Of a DNA stretch of 64,000 bases, positions 1 to 10,289 are shown piece by piece. The stretch covers positions 1 to 64,000 of the forward strand of contig CAXBMO010000011.1 of assembly GCA_963977015.1 (NCBI GenBank), read 5' to 3'. The notes beneath the pieces were generated by a model. That model was not told the DNA's origin. It saw only the letters and a program-made list of their open reading frames with translations, and ran no database searches. The first letter of the stretch is position 1. The number at the start of each line of letters is the position of its first letter. The DNA comes from an uncultured bacterium (lineage in GTDB: Bacteria > Verrucomicrobiota > Verrucomicrobiia > Verrucomicrobiales > DEV007). The translations under genes and the position numbers were made by a program.

Positions 1-60
1 GTTCTCGTTCTCGTTCTCGTTCTCGTTCTCGTTCTCGTTCTCGTTCTCGTTCTCGTTCTC
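1..60. repeat. Perfect tandem hexamer repeat (GTTCTC)x10, probably truncated by the window edge
   Basis: Read directly. It is followed at 100-140 by GAGGACGAGGGAC-type repeats that are loosely complementary to it. Confidence 0.95.
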
Positions 61-189
61 GAACGCGCCAGGCCGGCGTTGCGAATGGGCTCCGCGATCG
101 AGGACGAGGGACGAGCAGGAGGACGAGGGACTAGGGACGAACCTGGGCTTCCTTACGGAACGGCGTTGCCGTTCGAGGAGCGGAACCCT

Positions 190-1611
190 TTACGCGAGGA
201 GGTCTTTGACGACGTGGCCGTGGACGTCGGTGAGGCGGAAGTCGCGACCGGCGTAGCGGTAGGTGAACTTCTCGTGATCGAAGCCGAGGAGGTGGAGGAT
301 GGTGGCGTGAAAGTCGTGCACGTGAACCGGGTCCTCGACGGTGGCGAAGCCGAATTCGTCGGTCTTGCCGTGAATGTGACCGGGGCGTGCACCGCCTCCT
401 GCCATCCAGGTGGTGAAGCCGTGGTGGTTGTGGTCGCGACCGTTTTGAAGGCCGTTGTTGGTTCCCGCCATCGGCAATTCCACGACCGGAGTTCGTCCAA
501 ACTCGCCTCCCCAGATGACGAGCGTTTCGTCAAAGAGACCACGGCGTTTCAAGTCCGAGATGAAGGCGGCGATGGGCTGATCGACCTTTTCGGCAAGCTT
601 GCGGTGGTTGTCGATGTTGTTGTGATCGTCCCAGGGTTGACCGGCTCCCGTCCAGACCTGGATGTAACGAACGCCGCGCTCGATCAACCGGCGAGCCATG
701 AGGGTTTGGCGACCGAAGTCGGAGTCGCCGTATTCGGCACGAGTTGCTTCGTCCTCCTTTTCGATGTCGAACGCGTCGGTGGCCTCGCTTTGCATGCGGT
801 AGGCGAGTTCGAAGGATTGGATGCGGGTTTCGAGATCGCGATCGGCTTCGCGGCGTTCGAGGTGAGCGGCGTTGAGCTTCTTCAACAGATCCATTTGCTG
901 GGACTGTTGTTCGTGGCTCCAACGCGGATTGCGAATATTGGCGATCAGCTTTTCGATTTCGCGATGCTTGGTGTCGATGTGGGAGCCTTGAAAGACGCCG
1001 GGGAGAAAACCGGCCTGCCAGTTTTGCGCGCCGGAGGTGGGGATGCCACCGGGACAAAGTGAGATGTAGGCGGGAAGGTTCTCGTTTTCCGTGCCGAGGC
1101 CATACACGACCCAGGAACCGACGCTGGGGCGGGGGAGACGCGCGTCGCCACAGTTCATGAGCAGGAGTGAAGGCTCGTGATTGGGGACGTCGGCCTTCAT
1201 CGAGCGGATGACGCAAAGGTCGTCCGCGTGTTTGGCGACGTTGGGGAAGATGTCGCTGATGGGGATGCCGGATTCGCCGTGTTGTTGAAACTTGAAGGGC
1301 GATTTGAGGACGGAGCCGGTGGTGCGCTCGGTTTTGAGGAAGCTGCCGGTTGGCAATGCCTTGCCATGCCATTTTTCCAGAGCGGGCTTGGGATCGAAGG
1401 TATCGATGTGGGACGGGCCTCCGTTCATGAAGAAGTGAACGACCCGTTTGGCGCGCCCGAACGACTGGGGAGGCTTGATTGCCATCGGGTTTTGCGTCGC
1501 GGCCTGAGTCTCGGAAAGTCCGCCAAGAGCGAGTGCGCCAAAGCCCATGCCAACGCGGCTCAGCAATTCGCGGCGCGTGAGGAAAAGGTGTTCAGGGTCG
1601 GGTTTGTGCAT
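190..1611 (-). CDS. DUF1501 family protein (Tat-like signal)
   Basis: TRRELL Tat-like motif, GGPSHIDTFDPKP, WDDH, GEFGRTP and GRDH motifs. Confidence 0.92.
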   Translation of the reverse strand: MHKPDPEHLFLTRRELLSRVGMGFGALALGGLSETQAATQNPMAIKPPQSFGRAKRVVHFFMNGGPSHIDTFDPKPALEKWHGKALPTGSFLKTERTTGSVLKSPFKFQQHGESGIPISDIFPNVAKHADDLCVIRSMKADVPNHEPSLLLMNCGDARLPRPSVGSWVVYGLGTENENLPAYISLCPGGIPTSGAQNWQAGFLPGVFQGSHIDTKHREIEKLIANIRNPRWSHEQQSQQMDLLKKLNAAHLERREADRDLETRIQSFELAYRMQSEATDAFDIEKEDEATRAEYGDSDFGRQTLMARRLIERGVRYIQVWTGAGQPWDDHNNIDNHRKLAEKVDQPIAAFISDLKRRGLFDETLVIWGGEFGRTPVVELPMAGTNNGLQNGRDHNHHGFTTWMAGGGARPGHIHGKTDEFGFATVEDPVHVHDFHATILHLLGFDHEKFTYRYAGRDFRLTDVHGHVVKDLLA

Positions 1612-1655
1612 CGCTACGGTTAGTCAACTTGAGCGTGGAAATGTTGGAAATCGCG

Positions 1656-2447
1656 TCAAAAACTCCAGGTGATCGCGGCTCCGCCATAAAAGAAATCGGC
1701 CAAATCCGCGTCTTCTTCATAGCGAAACGGCTCGGAATGAATCGCCCAGTTGTAGGAAAGGTAAGCGCTCATCTCCCAATGGTTGGCCAATGGAAGGATG
1801 GCTTCAAGGAGTAGACCGGCATGATCCGCCCCATGATGCCCATCGGGCACATATCCTCCGTTAAAGCCGACAAAGGATTGTGGGACGATGGTGAGCCGGT
1901 CTCCGACTTCGAATTCGTGGGAAAGTGAGAGGAGCGTAAAGCCGCCTTCTGCAGCGAACGAGTAGTACCAATCTACGGCCGGGACGACGCCAAACGGCAG
2001 GCCTTGGTAGGAGAATCCGAATCCGACTTCGTTGTCATCGGCGTCATCAGTGACAAACCAGAGGTGTTGATACGTGGCGTAAAGTTCGAAATCGGCAAGT
2101 TCAATGCCGTATTCCAGCCAGAGATTCAATTCGGTGAAATCAACATCGGGACTTTCCGCGTGCCAAAAACCGAGGGTCAAGTTTTCGTAGGATGCTTCCA
2201 GGGTGTAGCTAAAAAGGCTGTCACCCGCCAAGCTGTCGCGGCCTTCGGCAACGTAACGACTGTCCCACGCACCGGTTCCGGAAAGCCGGAAAAGGGGATC
2301 CTCCTCGGACGATAATTGATGATGGGGAAGAGGGTAAGAGGGATGGTGCGGATGAACGGGATTCCGAAACGACGGCGTCTCCTCGGCCGAGACCGGCAGA
2401 GAGAGGGAACCCAGCGAAAGCAAGAGAATAAGAAGAGTGAGCCTCAC
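1656..2447 (-). CDS. Putative outer-membrane beta-barrel protein with His-rich segments
   Basis: Signal peptide, DSRYVAEGRD motif, amphipathic beta-strand pattern, C-terminal aromatic residue (TWSF). Confidence 0.65.
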   Translation of the reverse strand: MRLTLLILLLSLGSLSLPVSAEETPSFRNPVHPHHPSYPLPHHQLSSEEDPLFRLSGTGAWDSRYVAEGRDSLAGDSLFSYTLEASYENLTLGFWHAESPDVDFTELNLWLEYGIELADFELYATYQHLWFVTDDADDNEVGFGFSYQGLPFGVVPAVDWYYSFAAEGGFTLLSLSHEFEVGDRLTIVPQSFVGFNGGYVPDGHHGADHAGLLLEAILPLANHWEMSAYLSYNWAIHSEPFRYEEDADLADFFYGGAAITWSF

Positions 2448-2550
2448 GAGAAAAAAAGGATTTTGCCAAAGCTTCTAAACGTGAATTTCCTATAGGGAAC
2501 CAAATTTAGACAAACTTTTGCGCGGCGCGGTTGATCAGGTTCCCGGAGCT

Positions 2551-5500
2551 TCAATCGATGAACATAAACTCATTCGAAATCATCAAGGTTTGGGCGAACG
2601 CGGCGAGTGGATACTGATCTGGATGATGGCTGATTGGGACGCCGTGTTGGCCGAGGAAGTCGCGACTGTAATCCGCGATCAGTTGTCCACTCGGTTTGGG
2701 ATTGGCTTCCCAAACAATGGTGGGGTTCCAGTTGTATTCGTCCCACGATGAGGATGGGCCAGCAAGCACGACGAAATCGACGGTGTCGCCTTTGCGGACT
2801 TCGACGAAATCCAGGTTTCCGTCTTTGGCGGTGGTTTCATCTCCCCCGACTTGATCGCGGAGAATCGTGCCAAAACGGGAATGGTTGATGACAAAGGTTA
2901 GTCCATCGCCTCCTGGATTCCGTTTCCGGTAGTTGCTCGAAATGGTGATCGTGCCGTTGCGATCGGACGTCCAGCGTCGAACGGCGACATGATTGTTCAA
3001 GCCGGGATGTCCGCCTTCACCCGAAAGATGGAGATGAACTGCTTTGGGCTTCTCTCCATTGGGCAACAGCTTGAGTCGCAGCGCACCTTTTTCATCGCGT
3101 TGAGGCAACTCGGCGATTTGCTTGAGCGGCAGTTTGTGACTGTTTGGATTGTCGAGTTTGGCGTGAAGGTAACTCCAGTTTCCGGGAACGATTTCGCCAC
3201 TCTTGATTTTGGCGAAGAGCTCAAATTCACGGTCCGAAATCGAGGTGTAGTTTACTTTTCCCGAGTCATCGAGGCGCTCAACTTTCATCGTCCAGTGAAA
3301 GCCGTCGTAGTGGCTCGTCCCATTTGCGGAGACGAGGAACTCCAGCGTTGTTCCAGCTTTGAGATCCATTTCCGCCAAGTTGGTCGGCCTCTTTTTGGGA
3401 TCGGTCAGGGTGAGATCCGAAAGAATATCCGTGCCGTTCTTCAGGATCATCGCGCGAATGCCATCACCCTTGGGGCTTGGGCGGAATACTTCGCCACTCA
3501 CGCGGTAGCGACCTGCGGAGTTGGCACGCCAGCGGCGAACCACGACCTTGGAACCTTCGCCCGGATGTCCACCGGTGGGATAGAGGCTCATATAGCCCAA
3601 TTCACTGTTCGGAACAGGAAATTGCCGGTCGGGAGTCAGGTTCACGGAGTTCTCGTCAAGATGGCGAATCGGCTTCACATTGGCCAACTGAACGCCCCCA
3701 CCTTCGGGTGTCGATAAGTCCGCCATCCAATACGTCCATGAACCGGGGCCATTCGTTCCGGCCATGATGTCGCGTTGATAGTTGAAATCGCCTGCTGCCC
3801 GCGCGGCGTAATTCGGCCTCGCGGATGAGGCGGCCGGTGTTGCCTTCCGCAAACTCCACTTCCAGACAAACGAGTCGCTGTTGGTGGACGTGTTCGCATG
3901 CACGAGGAAGTCTAGTTGGTCACCGATTTCCAACGAAAGCGACGGGATGGAAACGGGAAGTCTGCCAAACGCGGGGACATGTAGCTTTGTGATTTCCTCA
4001 GATTGATTCTTGCGGATAAAGAGCAGGACGCCATCGGAACTCGGGCCTGGAACCGAAACCATACCCGTCAGGTCAAATTGGCCTTTTTGCGTCGCCTTGA
4101 GACGAAGAAGGATCGCTTGATCCGTGGTCGGGGCATGCCCGCCATGAGGGTGAAGGCGGGTGTAACGTCCGGTCGGGTGCGGATACTCCTCGCCGAATTG
4201 CCAGGAATTGCCCTTCTCGTAAAAATGGGGCAATGGCTCACTGTCCGAGAAAACGAGATCTTGGTTCTCATCGAGCGATGCCGGCCCCACGCGATATTCC
4301 CACTCACCGGGAACCGGGTTGTCAGGTTGAACGATGCCGTCCTGAAGAAATTGAAGCGCCATTTCCCGTTCCTCTTCACTCGGCGAACGTTTCAACACCT
4401 GGCGGTAGATAAAGTGGATTCGTTCGTTGAGGGAACGTGTTGGCGTTTCAACCCCGGCAGTGTCCGGCTGACCAACCTGGTTGGCTTGATCTTCGAGTTT
4501 TTCAGCGTGGCGAAGCACAAACGGGCTGTTGAGGAGAAACAACGTTTGTTGGGGGACCGAGGTCTCATAACGGTTCGGACTGTGAAGATCGGGATTCGGG
4601 AAGTCGAATGTCGCCAGCATGGGTTCGAGGCGATATCGGTCGACAATTCCGTAAATTGATCTCCGTTCGTCGGCTTGTGGTTCGCTCCATTTGACGGGCC
4701 GCCCTCCAAGTTCCGGTTCGAGCGATTCGGACGCGGTCAGGATAGAGTCACGCATTGCTTCAACACTAAGCCGTTTACGGTTGGCCCGGGTGAAGTAGAG
4801 ATTCTCCGGATCATCCTTCGTCGCTGGTGTCGAGGAGAGCTGGAACGCCTGGGTGGTGAGGAGGTGGCGATGCAGTTTCTTGAGGGACTGTTCCCCATCG
4901 GTCAGGAACCAGTTGGCGAGATAGTCGAGAAGCTCGTGTTGAAGCGGTAGATCGGTCTGGACTCCGAAGTCGCTCGGCGTGTTGACCAACGGCTGACCGA
5001 AATGCCAACCCCAAACTCGATTTACAAACACGCGTGCGGTCAGCGGATTCGCGGGATCGACAATCGACTGGGCGAGTTGTTGACGACCGCTTCCGTCCGT
5101 CAGCGGAGCTTCTCCGAGCACTTTGAGAAACGTTCGATTGGCGATTTCGCCTTGTCGGGACTGTTGGCCGCGGATCAGGATTCGGTAGTCCCGCGGTTTT
5201 TCGACATCCTGAACCGTCATGGCCCGCATGGGGGCGCCCGGAGACTCGATATCCAATTTCACGAGTTTTCGGCTAAAGGCGGCTAACTTGCCCCGATCGA
5301 TCTGGGTGAAAATGGTGTGGGTTTGTTCGACGGGAATTCCCAATGGAGATTGGTGAACCAAGCTCTGGATCTGCTTGGTGGTTTGGTCCGCTTCCGACAG
5401 GCCGGAAAAGTGAAGCAGGAATTTTGCCTGAGCTTTTGCCAGTTCATCGCGGGATTTCGAGGGATGCTCCAGGTGCCAGTTCCAGGCGAGCTTGGCAGGA

Positions 5501-7029
5501 GCAGAGGCGTCGGCCGGAACCTTGGTCAGGATTTGGGCGTAGGCATCCGGCGGAGCAGCCCAGAGGGCTTCGAACGGAGCCAAAATCGAGTTTTTGCGAT
5601 GCTTGGTGACAAAATCGCGCCATTTTCGGCCCAAGCCCTTGCGATACCCCGCTCCCTGGATTTCGCGTTCGAAGTCGGAGGTCGATGCGTCCCGAAAATT
5701 CATGGCAAACGTCAGGTGAACCGCGACGTTTTCCACCGAGTTGATAACGTCGTGAATCTCTTTCTTGAAGGCGAGCGCCTCAGCTTCGATTTGCTCTTTC
5801 GCCTTTTGGTAGTCCGCGACCGCTTTTTTGTCTTCGGGATGGCCGATGATGGGGAACTCGGAAGGTTTGACGCTGTTGCGAAACACCCCGTGCAGGGAGT
5901 AGTAGTCTCGGGTCGGAATTGGATCGAACTTATGGTCGTGGCAGCGCGCGCAAGAAACGGTCAAGCCCAGGAGACCGCGCGTTACGACATCAATTTGATC
6001 ATCCGTAAAATCGAGGATGTTGGCATTTCGGCCAAGTGTGAGGAAGCCAAGAGCCGCCAAATCGGGATGTTGTTCCGGGCGCCGAGAATCTGCGGCGAGT
6101 TGCAAGGTAACGAATTCATCAAACGGCAGATCCTTGTTGATCGCGTTGACGACCCAATCGCGGTAGGTGTAGGAGTAGGGATAGCGATTGTCTTTGCCCC
6201 CGGCGACGTAGCCCATGGTGTCTGCGTAGCGAGCGACATCCAGCCAATGACGCGCCCAGTGTTCCCCATACTGAGCGCGCTCGAGCAGTTCATCGATTTT
6301 GGCGGCAACATCGGGATTTTGGACAAAGGCTTCGACCTCCTCAGCTGTTGGAGGCAGTCCGGTGAGGGTGTAATGCAGCCGTTTCACCATGGTGGCCGAA
6401 TCTGCAGGAGGCGCTGCCTGGAGCGTTTTCGGCTCGACGGTATTGCCCAGCAATCGATCGACAAACTTGGATAGAGAAGTGGCGTTTTCGGCTTCTTCAT
6501 CCTTGATCTGCACCGTGGAGCGCTTCAGCTCCAACAAATGGTCGATGGGATGTTGCTCCAGGTTTTCTGGCAGTTCAGGAGCTTGAACCGGCTGAAATGC
6601 CCAATGGGTTTTGGCGAGTTCCTCACGTTTATCGACCGATGCCGGCGCTTCTTCATCCGGCCAGGGAAGATCGAGCTGGATCCACTTTTCAAAATTCGCG
6701 AGAACGGCTTCAGGAAGCGGAGGCTCGTCCTCCGGCATCGGCTTGATTCCCTTGCCCTGATGTCGCATCGCCTGGATGAGGACACTTCCCGCCGGATCGC
6801 CAGGTTTGATCACCTTCTGATAGTCGCTGCCCCGCAAGATTGCGGCGCGAGAGTCCAGACGAAGTCCCACAGCCTGCTTCCTTTCGCCGTGGCAGGAATA
6901 GCAGTTTTCATCAAGGATCGGGCGGATCGATTTTTCGAAAAACGCCAAGTCTTCCGGTGATGCAGCGAATGATGCACCAGCGATGGCAAGCAACAGACCT
7001 AGAGTGAGGGAATGAAGAGGAGGCAGCAT
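2551..7029 (-). CDS. Planctomycete cytochrome c / DUF1549 / DUF1553 protein with three inserted repeated beta domains
   Basis: CYSCH heme motif, HWAFQP, WLDVARYADT, CARCHDHKFDPI, NPLTARVFVNRVW, C-terminal SNEFMFID. Confidence 0.92.
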   Translation of the reverse strand: MLPPLHSLTLGLLLAIAGASFAASPEDLAFFEKSIRPILDENCYSCHGERKQAVGLRLDSRAAILRGSDYQKVIKPGDPAGSVLIQAMRHQGKGIKPMPEDEPPLPEAVLANFEKWIQLDLPWPDEEAPASVDKREELAKTHWAFQPVQAPELPENLEQHPIDHLLELKRSTVQIKDEEAENATSLSKFVDRLLGNTVEPKTLQAAPPADSATMVKRLHYTLTGLPPTAEEVEAFVQNPDVAAKIDELLERAQYGEHWARHWLDVARYADTMGYVAGGKDNRYPYSYTYRDWVVNAINKDLPFDEFVTLQLAADSRRPEQHPDLAALGFLTLGRNANILDFTDDQIDVVTRGLLGLTVSCARCHDHKFDPIPTRDYYSLHGVFRNSVKPSEFPIIGHPEDKKAVADYQKAKEQIEAEALAFKKEIHDVINSVENVAVHLTFAMNFRDASTSDFEREIQGAGYRKGLGRKWRDFVTKHRKNSILAPFEALWAAPPDAYAQILTKVPADASAPAKLAWNWHLEHPSKSRDELAKAQAKFLLHFSGLSEADQTTKQIQSLVHQSPLGIPVEQTHTIFTQIDRGKLAAFSRKLVKLDIESPGAPMRAMTVQDVEKPRDYRILIRGQQSRQGEIANRTFLKVLGEAPLTDGSGRQQLAQSIVDPANPLTARVFVNRVWGWHFGQPLVNTPSDFGVQTDLPLQHELLDYLANWFLTDGEQSLKKLHRHLLTTQAFQLSSTPATKDDPENLYFTRANRKRLSVEAMRDSILTASESLEPELGGRPVKWSEPQADERRSIYGIVDRYRLEPMLATFDFPNPDLHSPNRYETSVPQQTLFLLNSPFVLRHAEKLEDQANQVGQPDTAGVETPTRSLNERIHFIYRQVLKRSPSEEEREMALQFLQDGIVQPDNPVPGEWEYRVGPASLDENQDLVFSDSEPLPHFYEKGNSWQFGEEYPHPTGRYTRLHPHGGHAPTTDQAILLRLKATQKGQFDLTGMVSVPGPSSDGVLLFIRKNQSEEITKLHVPAFGRLPVSIPSLSLEIGDQLDFLVHANTSTNSDSFVWKWSLRKATPAASSARPNYAARAAGDFNYQRDIMAGTNGPGSWTYWMADLSTPEGGGVQLANVKPIRHLDENSVNLTPDRQFPVPNSELGYMSLYPTGGHPGEGSKVVVRRWRANSAGRYRVSGEVFRPSPKGDGIRAMILKNGTDILSDLTLTDPKKRPTNLAEMDLKAGTTLEFLVSANGTSHYDGFHWTMKVERLDDSGKVNYTSISDREFELFAKIKSGEIVPGNWSYLHAKLDNPNSHKLPLKQIAELPQRDEKGALRLKLLPNGEKPKAVHLHLSGEGGHPGLNNHVAVRRWTSDRNGTITISSNYRKRNPGGDGLTFVINHSRFGTILRDQVGGDETTAKDGNLDFVEVRKGDTVDFVVLAGPSSSWDEYNWNPTIVWEANPKPSGQLIADYSRDFLGQHGVPISHHPDQYPLAAFAQTLMISNEFMFID

Positions 7030-7064
7030 TTCTACCTACTCAGAGCACCAAAAGCTCCGGATGT

Positions 7065-7682
7065 TCAGCCAAAAGCTGGCATTTCACCTCTTTTTTGCAT
7101 CTGCAACATCCACTCACAGTGTTCGCGGCCTTTGTATGCTTCAGTAGGTTCCCAGGATTGGCGAATCTCAAATCTTGGCGAAAAACGGCTCTCAAGTTCT
7201 GCCAGGGTTGCGCCGAAAGGTGGATGATTGTCCTCCGGGCGGTGTTCTTCGTCATAGGGATTCAGAAAAAAGACACCCAGAAATTGGCCACTTGGCTTCA
7301 GCGCACCCGCGACCGCAGTCACGTATTCATCGCGCCTGGACGGGGCAATCGCGCAAAAACAGGTGTGCTCCCAAATCCAGTCAAACGAGCCGATCATCTC
7401 GGGGGGAAGTTGGAACAAATCGCCGAGCAGATAGGATTCCTCTCTCACTTTGGGAATCTTCGTTGCTTGCGCCAAAGCTGAAGGAGAAACGTCCAGCCCG
7501 ATGACTTCAGCGTTTGGCGAAGCTGCGGCGATGGCGCGAACATCGTGACCAAGGCCGCATCCCGGGACGAGAATCCGGCCGGTAAGCGGCGTTTCCGCTA
7601 GAAACTGGAGCAGCGCCGGAGCCGGTTCGCCTTTTTCCCAAGGCGTCATCCCCTCCACGTAGAGTTTCTCCCAGTCGGTCAT
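7065..7682 (-). CDS. Thiopurine/halide S-methyltransferase (TPMT) family SAM methyltransferase
   Basis: TPWEKG, ILVPGCGLGHD, EHTCFCAI, PPFG. Start moved to the ATG at 7682. Confidence 0.88.
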   Translation of the reverse strand: MTDWEKLYVEGMTPWEKGEPAPALLQFLAETPLTGRILVPGCGLGHDVRAIAAASPNAEVIGLDVSPSALAQATKIPKVREESYLLGDLFQLPPEMIGSFDWIWEHTCFCAIAPSRRDEYVTAVAGALKPSGQFLGVFFLNPYDEEHRPEDNHPPFGATLAELESRFSPRFEIRQSWEPTEAYKGREHCEWMLQMQKRGEMPAFG

Positions 7683-7713
7683 GACTGACGGGTAGAGTCG
7701 AAGTTGGTTGAGA

Positions 7714-8868
7714 TCAAGGATCGGACGCCAATGCTGCGACAACTTCTTTTCGGCGCCACGCCGAGACAAAAAGGGGCGCTTCGCGTTGATGAAAGAGTTT
7801 CACCGTATCGAGTTTGGACATGACCCAGGGATAGAGAATTCCCGCGTTGTTCTTCGTAAAAACAATATTGTCTGCCAGAAAAATACAGGAGTGGACGACG
7901 TCTCGCCGGGTTTGGTGAACCAGAAAGATCAGGTCGCCGAATTGGTAGGGCCGTTCGACGGGTTGAAAGTGCTCGCGGACATAGGCATCGGCTTCGCGGC
8001 GGTCTCCATAAATGTCGACAGGCTCGTCGTTGAAGAAATTGATCGATGTCCACATGCTGTCCGGATAGCGCCCGGCGAGCCCGTCACTGATGGAGGGATA
8101 GGTGTTCAACTGCTTGCGTGGAAGTTCGGGAAGCAGGTGAGAAATATCGATGGTTCGAGGGCTGCGTGCACGATGGAGAGAGCGGAGGAGCGGGACCGCG
8201 TGGGTTTGGGTTCCACCGGCACTCCAGTAACGGAGGAACTCGTCGAAGTTGGCTTGTGGATCATAGTGAACGCGCGCCGTGAGCGAACGGCTTCGGAGCA
8301 GCGTCTTCATCAGAGGCAGATGCTCTTCGGCATTGGTGAGGGACTGAAGCAGGCGTGGCACATCCGAAAAAAGCGCCGTGTCTCCCCGTCGATAGGCCAG
8401 GCGACCGATGATTTCTGGATCGACGACGGTTTTCGTGAACCATTCCGCAGGATCTTCGATTCCAAGAATGATGGGATGTTGGTGATAGACGTTTTCCGGC
8501 CATCGAGCCAAAACCCGGTAAATCGCCGATCGGGATGAGGGGCGCAAGGTTTCAATAACCTCGGGGCGCGGGAAGATCCGGATGCGGTTTCCCGCCACTT
8601 GCCACCGCGAAACATCGACCAAAAGGTTGAGCTGCTGGGTGGTGAGTTGTGCGTTTTCAAAAACCGAGATGACTTCCTGCGTCGTGAGGCCGAAAAACTG
8701 CCATTCCGTCTGCTGAGAGGGAATTTTGACAACCTCAAGCAATGGGTCCGGCGGGCGGAGAAAAAAGGTTTCCGTCTCGACGTCTCCCCAGGGTTGCTCG
8801 TGGGAGAGAGCGAGCTGTCCAAGCAGAAAACAGACGGTGACAGCGAGAAGAGAACTCCGCTGTTTCAT
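7714..8868 (-). CDS. Secreted hypothetical protein, paralog B (papain/NlpC-like C-terminal domain, Ser at the putative nucleophile)
   Basis: Signal peptide from the ATG at 8868, ATGA overlap with the upstream gene, colinear similarity to 8865-10079. Confidence 0.75.
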   Translation of the reverse strand: MKQRSSLLAVTVCFLLGQLALSHEQPWGDVETETFFLRPPDPLLEVVKIPSQQTEWQFFGLTTQEVISVFENAQLTTQQLNLLVDVSRWQVAGNRIRIFPRPEVIETLRPSSRSAIYRVLARWPENVYHQHPIILGIEDPAEWFTKTVVDPEIIGRLAYRRGDTALFSDVPRLLQSLTNAEEHLPLMKTLLRSRSLTARVHYDPQANFDEFLRYWSAGGTQTHAVPLLRSLHRARSPRTIDISHLLPELPRKQLNTYPSISDGLAGRYPDSMWTSINFFNDEPVDIYGDRREADAYVREHFQPVERPYQFGDLIFLVHQTRRDVVHSCIFLADNIVFTKNNAGILYPWVMSKLDTVKLFHQREAPLFVSAWRRKEVVAALASDP

Positions 8869-10079
8869 AGGGAAGACGGAAGCAGTTTGGAAGCGGAAGG
8901 TTTCCGTCGAAACACAAGTTTCTTGGTCTCGGTATAGGCGTAGAGCGAAAGAACATCCGATTCGCGAATCAGGATCCATGGCTGAACGTTGCCCTTGCCA
9001 TTTTTCGAGAAGACGATTTCATCGGCCACGTGGTTGTAGGCATGGACCAAAAACTGCTTATCCTGGCCATCCGTACCATACAAAAGGATCAAGTCTCCGA
9101 ATTGATAGGGAGGTTGAACCCGCTCAAAACCCCGTTCCAAAAAGTAGCTTAGCGGAAGAGGGTCCAGGAGGCGAGGCGAGGGATCGGGGTTGAAGAAATT
9201 GATCGCCGTCCACCAGCAGTCGATGGCGTCTTGATAGTTGCTGGCAGATATCTTCGGATACGTGTTCAAATATCGTTTCGGCACGGGCGGCAACAGATGG
9301 AAAAGATCGATGGCAGTGCGGCTTGATCCCGTCACTTCCTCCAGAAAGTCTGCAACATTCGGGTTCTTTCCGTTGGCCGACCAGTAGTTGATGATGCTCG
9401 AAAGGTCTTCTTCAGGACAGACACGGAGTTGGGCCACCAATCCCTGAACGCGGACCAACGAATTGTAAACGCGCTGAACATCCTTGAAATCGGGGTAGGA
9501 TCGAAGCAGTGGGCCCACATCAATCAACGACAGCGCCTTCTCTCTGCGGAAGAGGAAGGAGCGAATTCGTTCGACATCTGCTCGTGGGAGGTCGCTCGTC
9601 AGGTAGTCCAGATTTCCCCGTTGAATGTTGAAGCTCAGGTGGGTGAGGGCCTCCTGGTTGTAAACCCGTGGATAGAGCGCGGTTCGCTGATCCATTGTCA
9701 GCTCCGAGATCAGAGAATCTGGAACCACGACAGCCAATCCCGTGGAATCGCGAAACCATCGTCCTTCGGTGCACAATTCATCAATCAAGTCTGATGGGAT
9801 TCCTATCTCTTGGAGAAGATCGCTGACGCCGCTCTGATCGGTTTGACCGAACTTCCAAATGGTTTCGAGTTGTTGAATTCTCTGGTAAACGAACCCAGGA
9901 ATCGTCGGTTCAAGGATGGTTTCGAAGTACTCGATTTTTCCCCAGGGACCCGTCTTGGTTGCTTCGAGTTCTCCATCCTGAGAGAAGGTCGAAACCAATC
10001 CGGCAAGAAGCACAAAGGCTCCAACAAAGGGAACCATTGGGATTCGGGGCGGGAGGTTAAAGTTCGATGACATTGGCAA
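8865..10079 (-). CDS. Secreted or membrane-anchored hypothetical protein, paralog A (DCWW...GD...HA...SKNG)
   Basis: 404-aa ORF with a hydrophobic N-terminus and motifs shared with the downstream paralog. Confidence 0.78.
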   Translation of the reverse strand: MPMSSNFNLPPRIPMVPFVGAFVLLAGLVSTFSQDGELEATKTGPWGKIEYFETILEPTIPGFVYQRIQQLETIWKFGQTDQSGVSDLLQEIGIPSDLIDELCTEGRWFRDSTGLAVVVPDSLISELTMDQRTALYPRVYNQEALTHLSFNIQRGNLDYLTSDLPRADVERIRSFLFRREKALSLIDVGPLLRSYPDFKDVQRVYNSLVRVQGLVAQLRVCPEEDLSSIINYWSANGKNPNVADFLEEVTGSSRTAIDLFHLLPPVPKRYLNTYPKISASNYQDAIDCWWTAINFFNPDPSPRLLDPLPLSYFLERGFERVQPPYQFGDLILLYGTDGQDKQFLVHAYNHVADEIVFSKNGKGNVQPWILIRESDVLSLYAYTETKKLVFRRKPSASKLLPSSL

Positions 10080-10289
10080 TTGGTTCTCAGAAAATCCCTT
10101 TCCACCTTATGACAGCCTGACCGCGGGAAAAAATCTCATGCTTATTCGAGTCAGAGTTGTCACTTCCACTTTGGGTGTGACGTCAAAAATTGGGTTGGAT
10201 TGGGAGGATTTGTTGAAGCGGTTGAATCACCAAAGCCCTTCACAATTAACTAGTCGTCTGCGGTGATCTGAAACTTCGAAACCTTAAGA

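Noticed and set aside
1-140. Possible CRISPR array
   Set aside because: The repeats are contiguous hexamers without unique spacers, and no cas genes are present.
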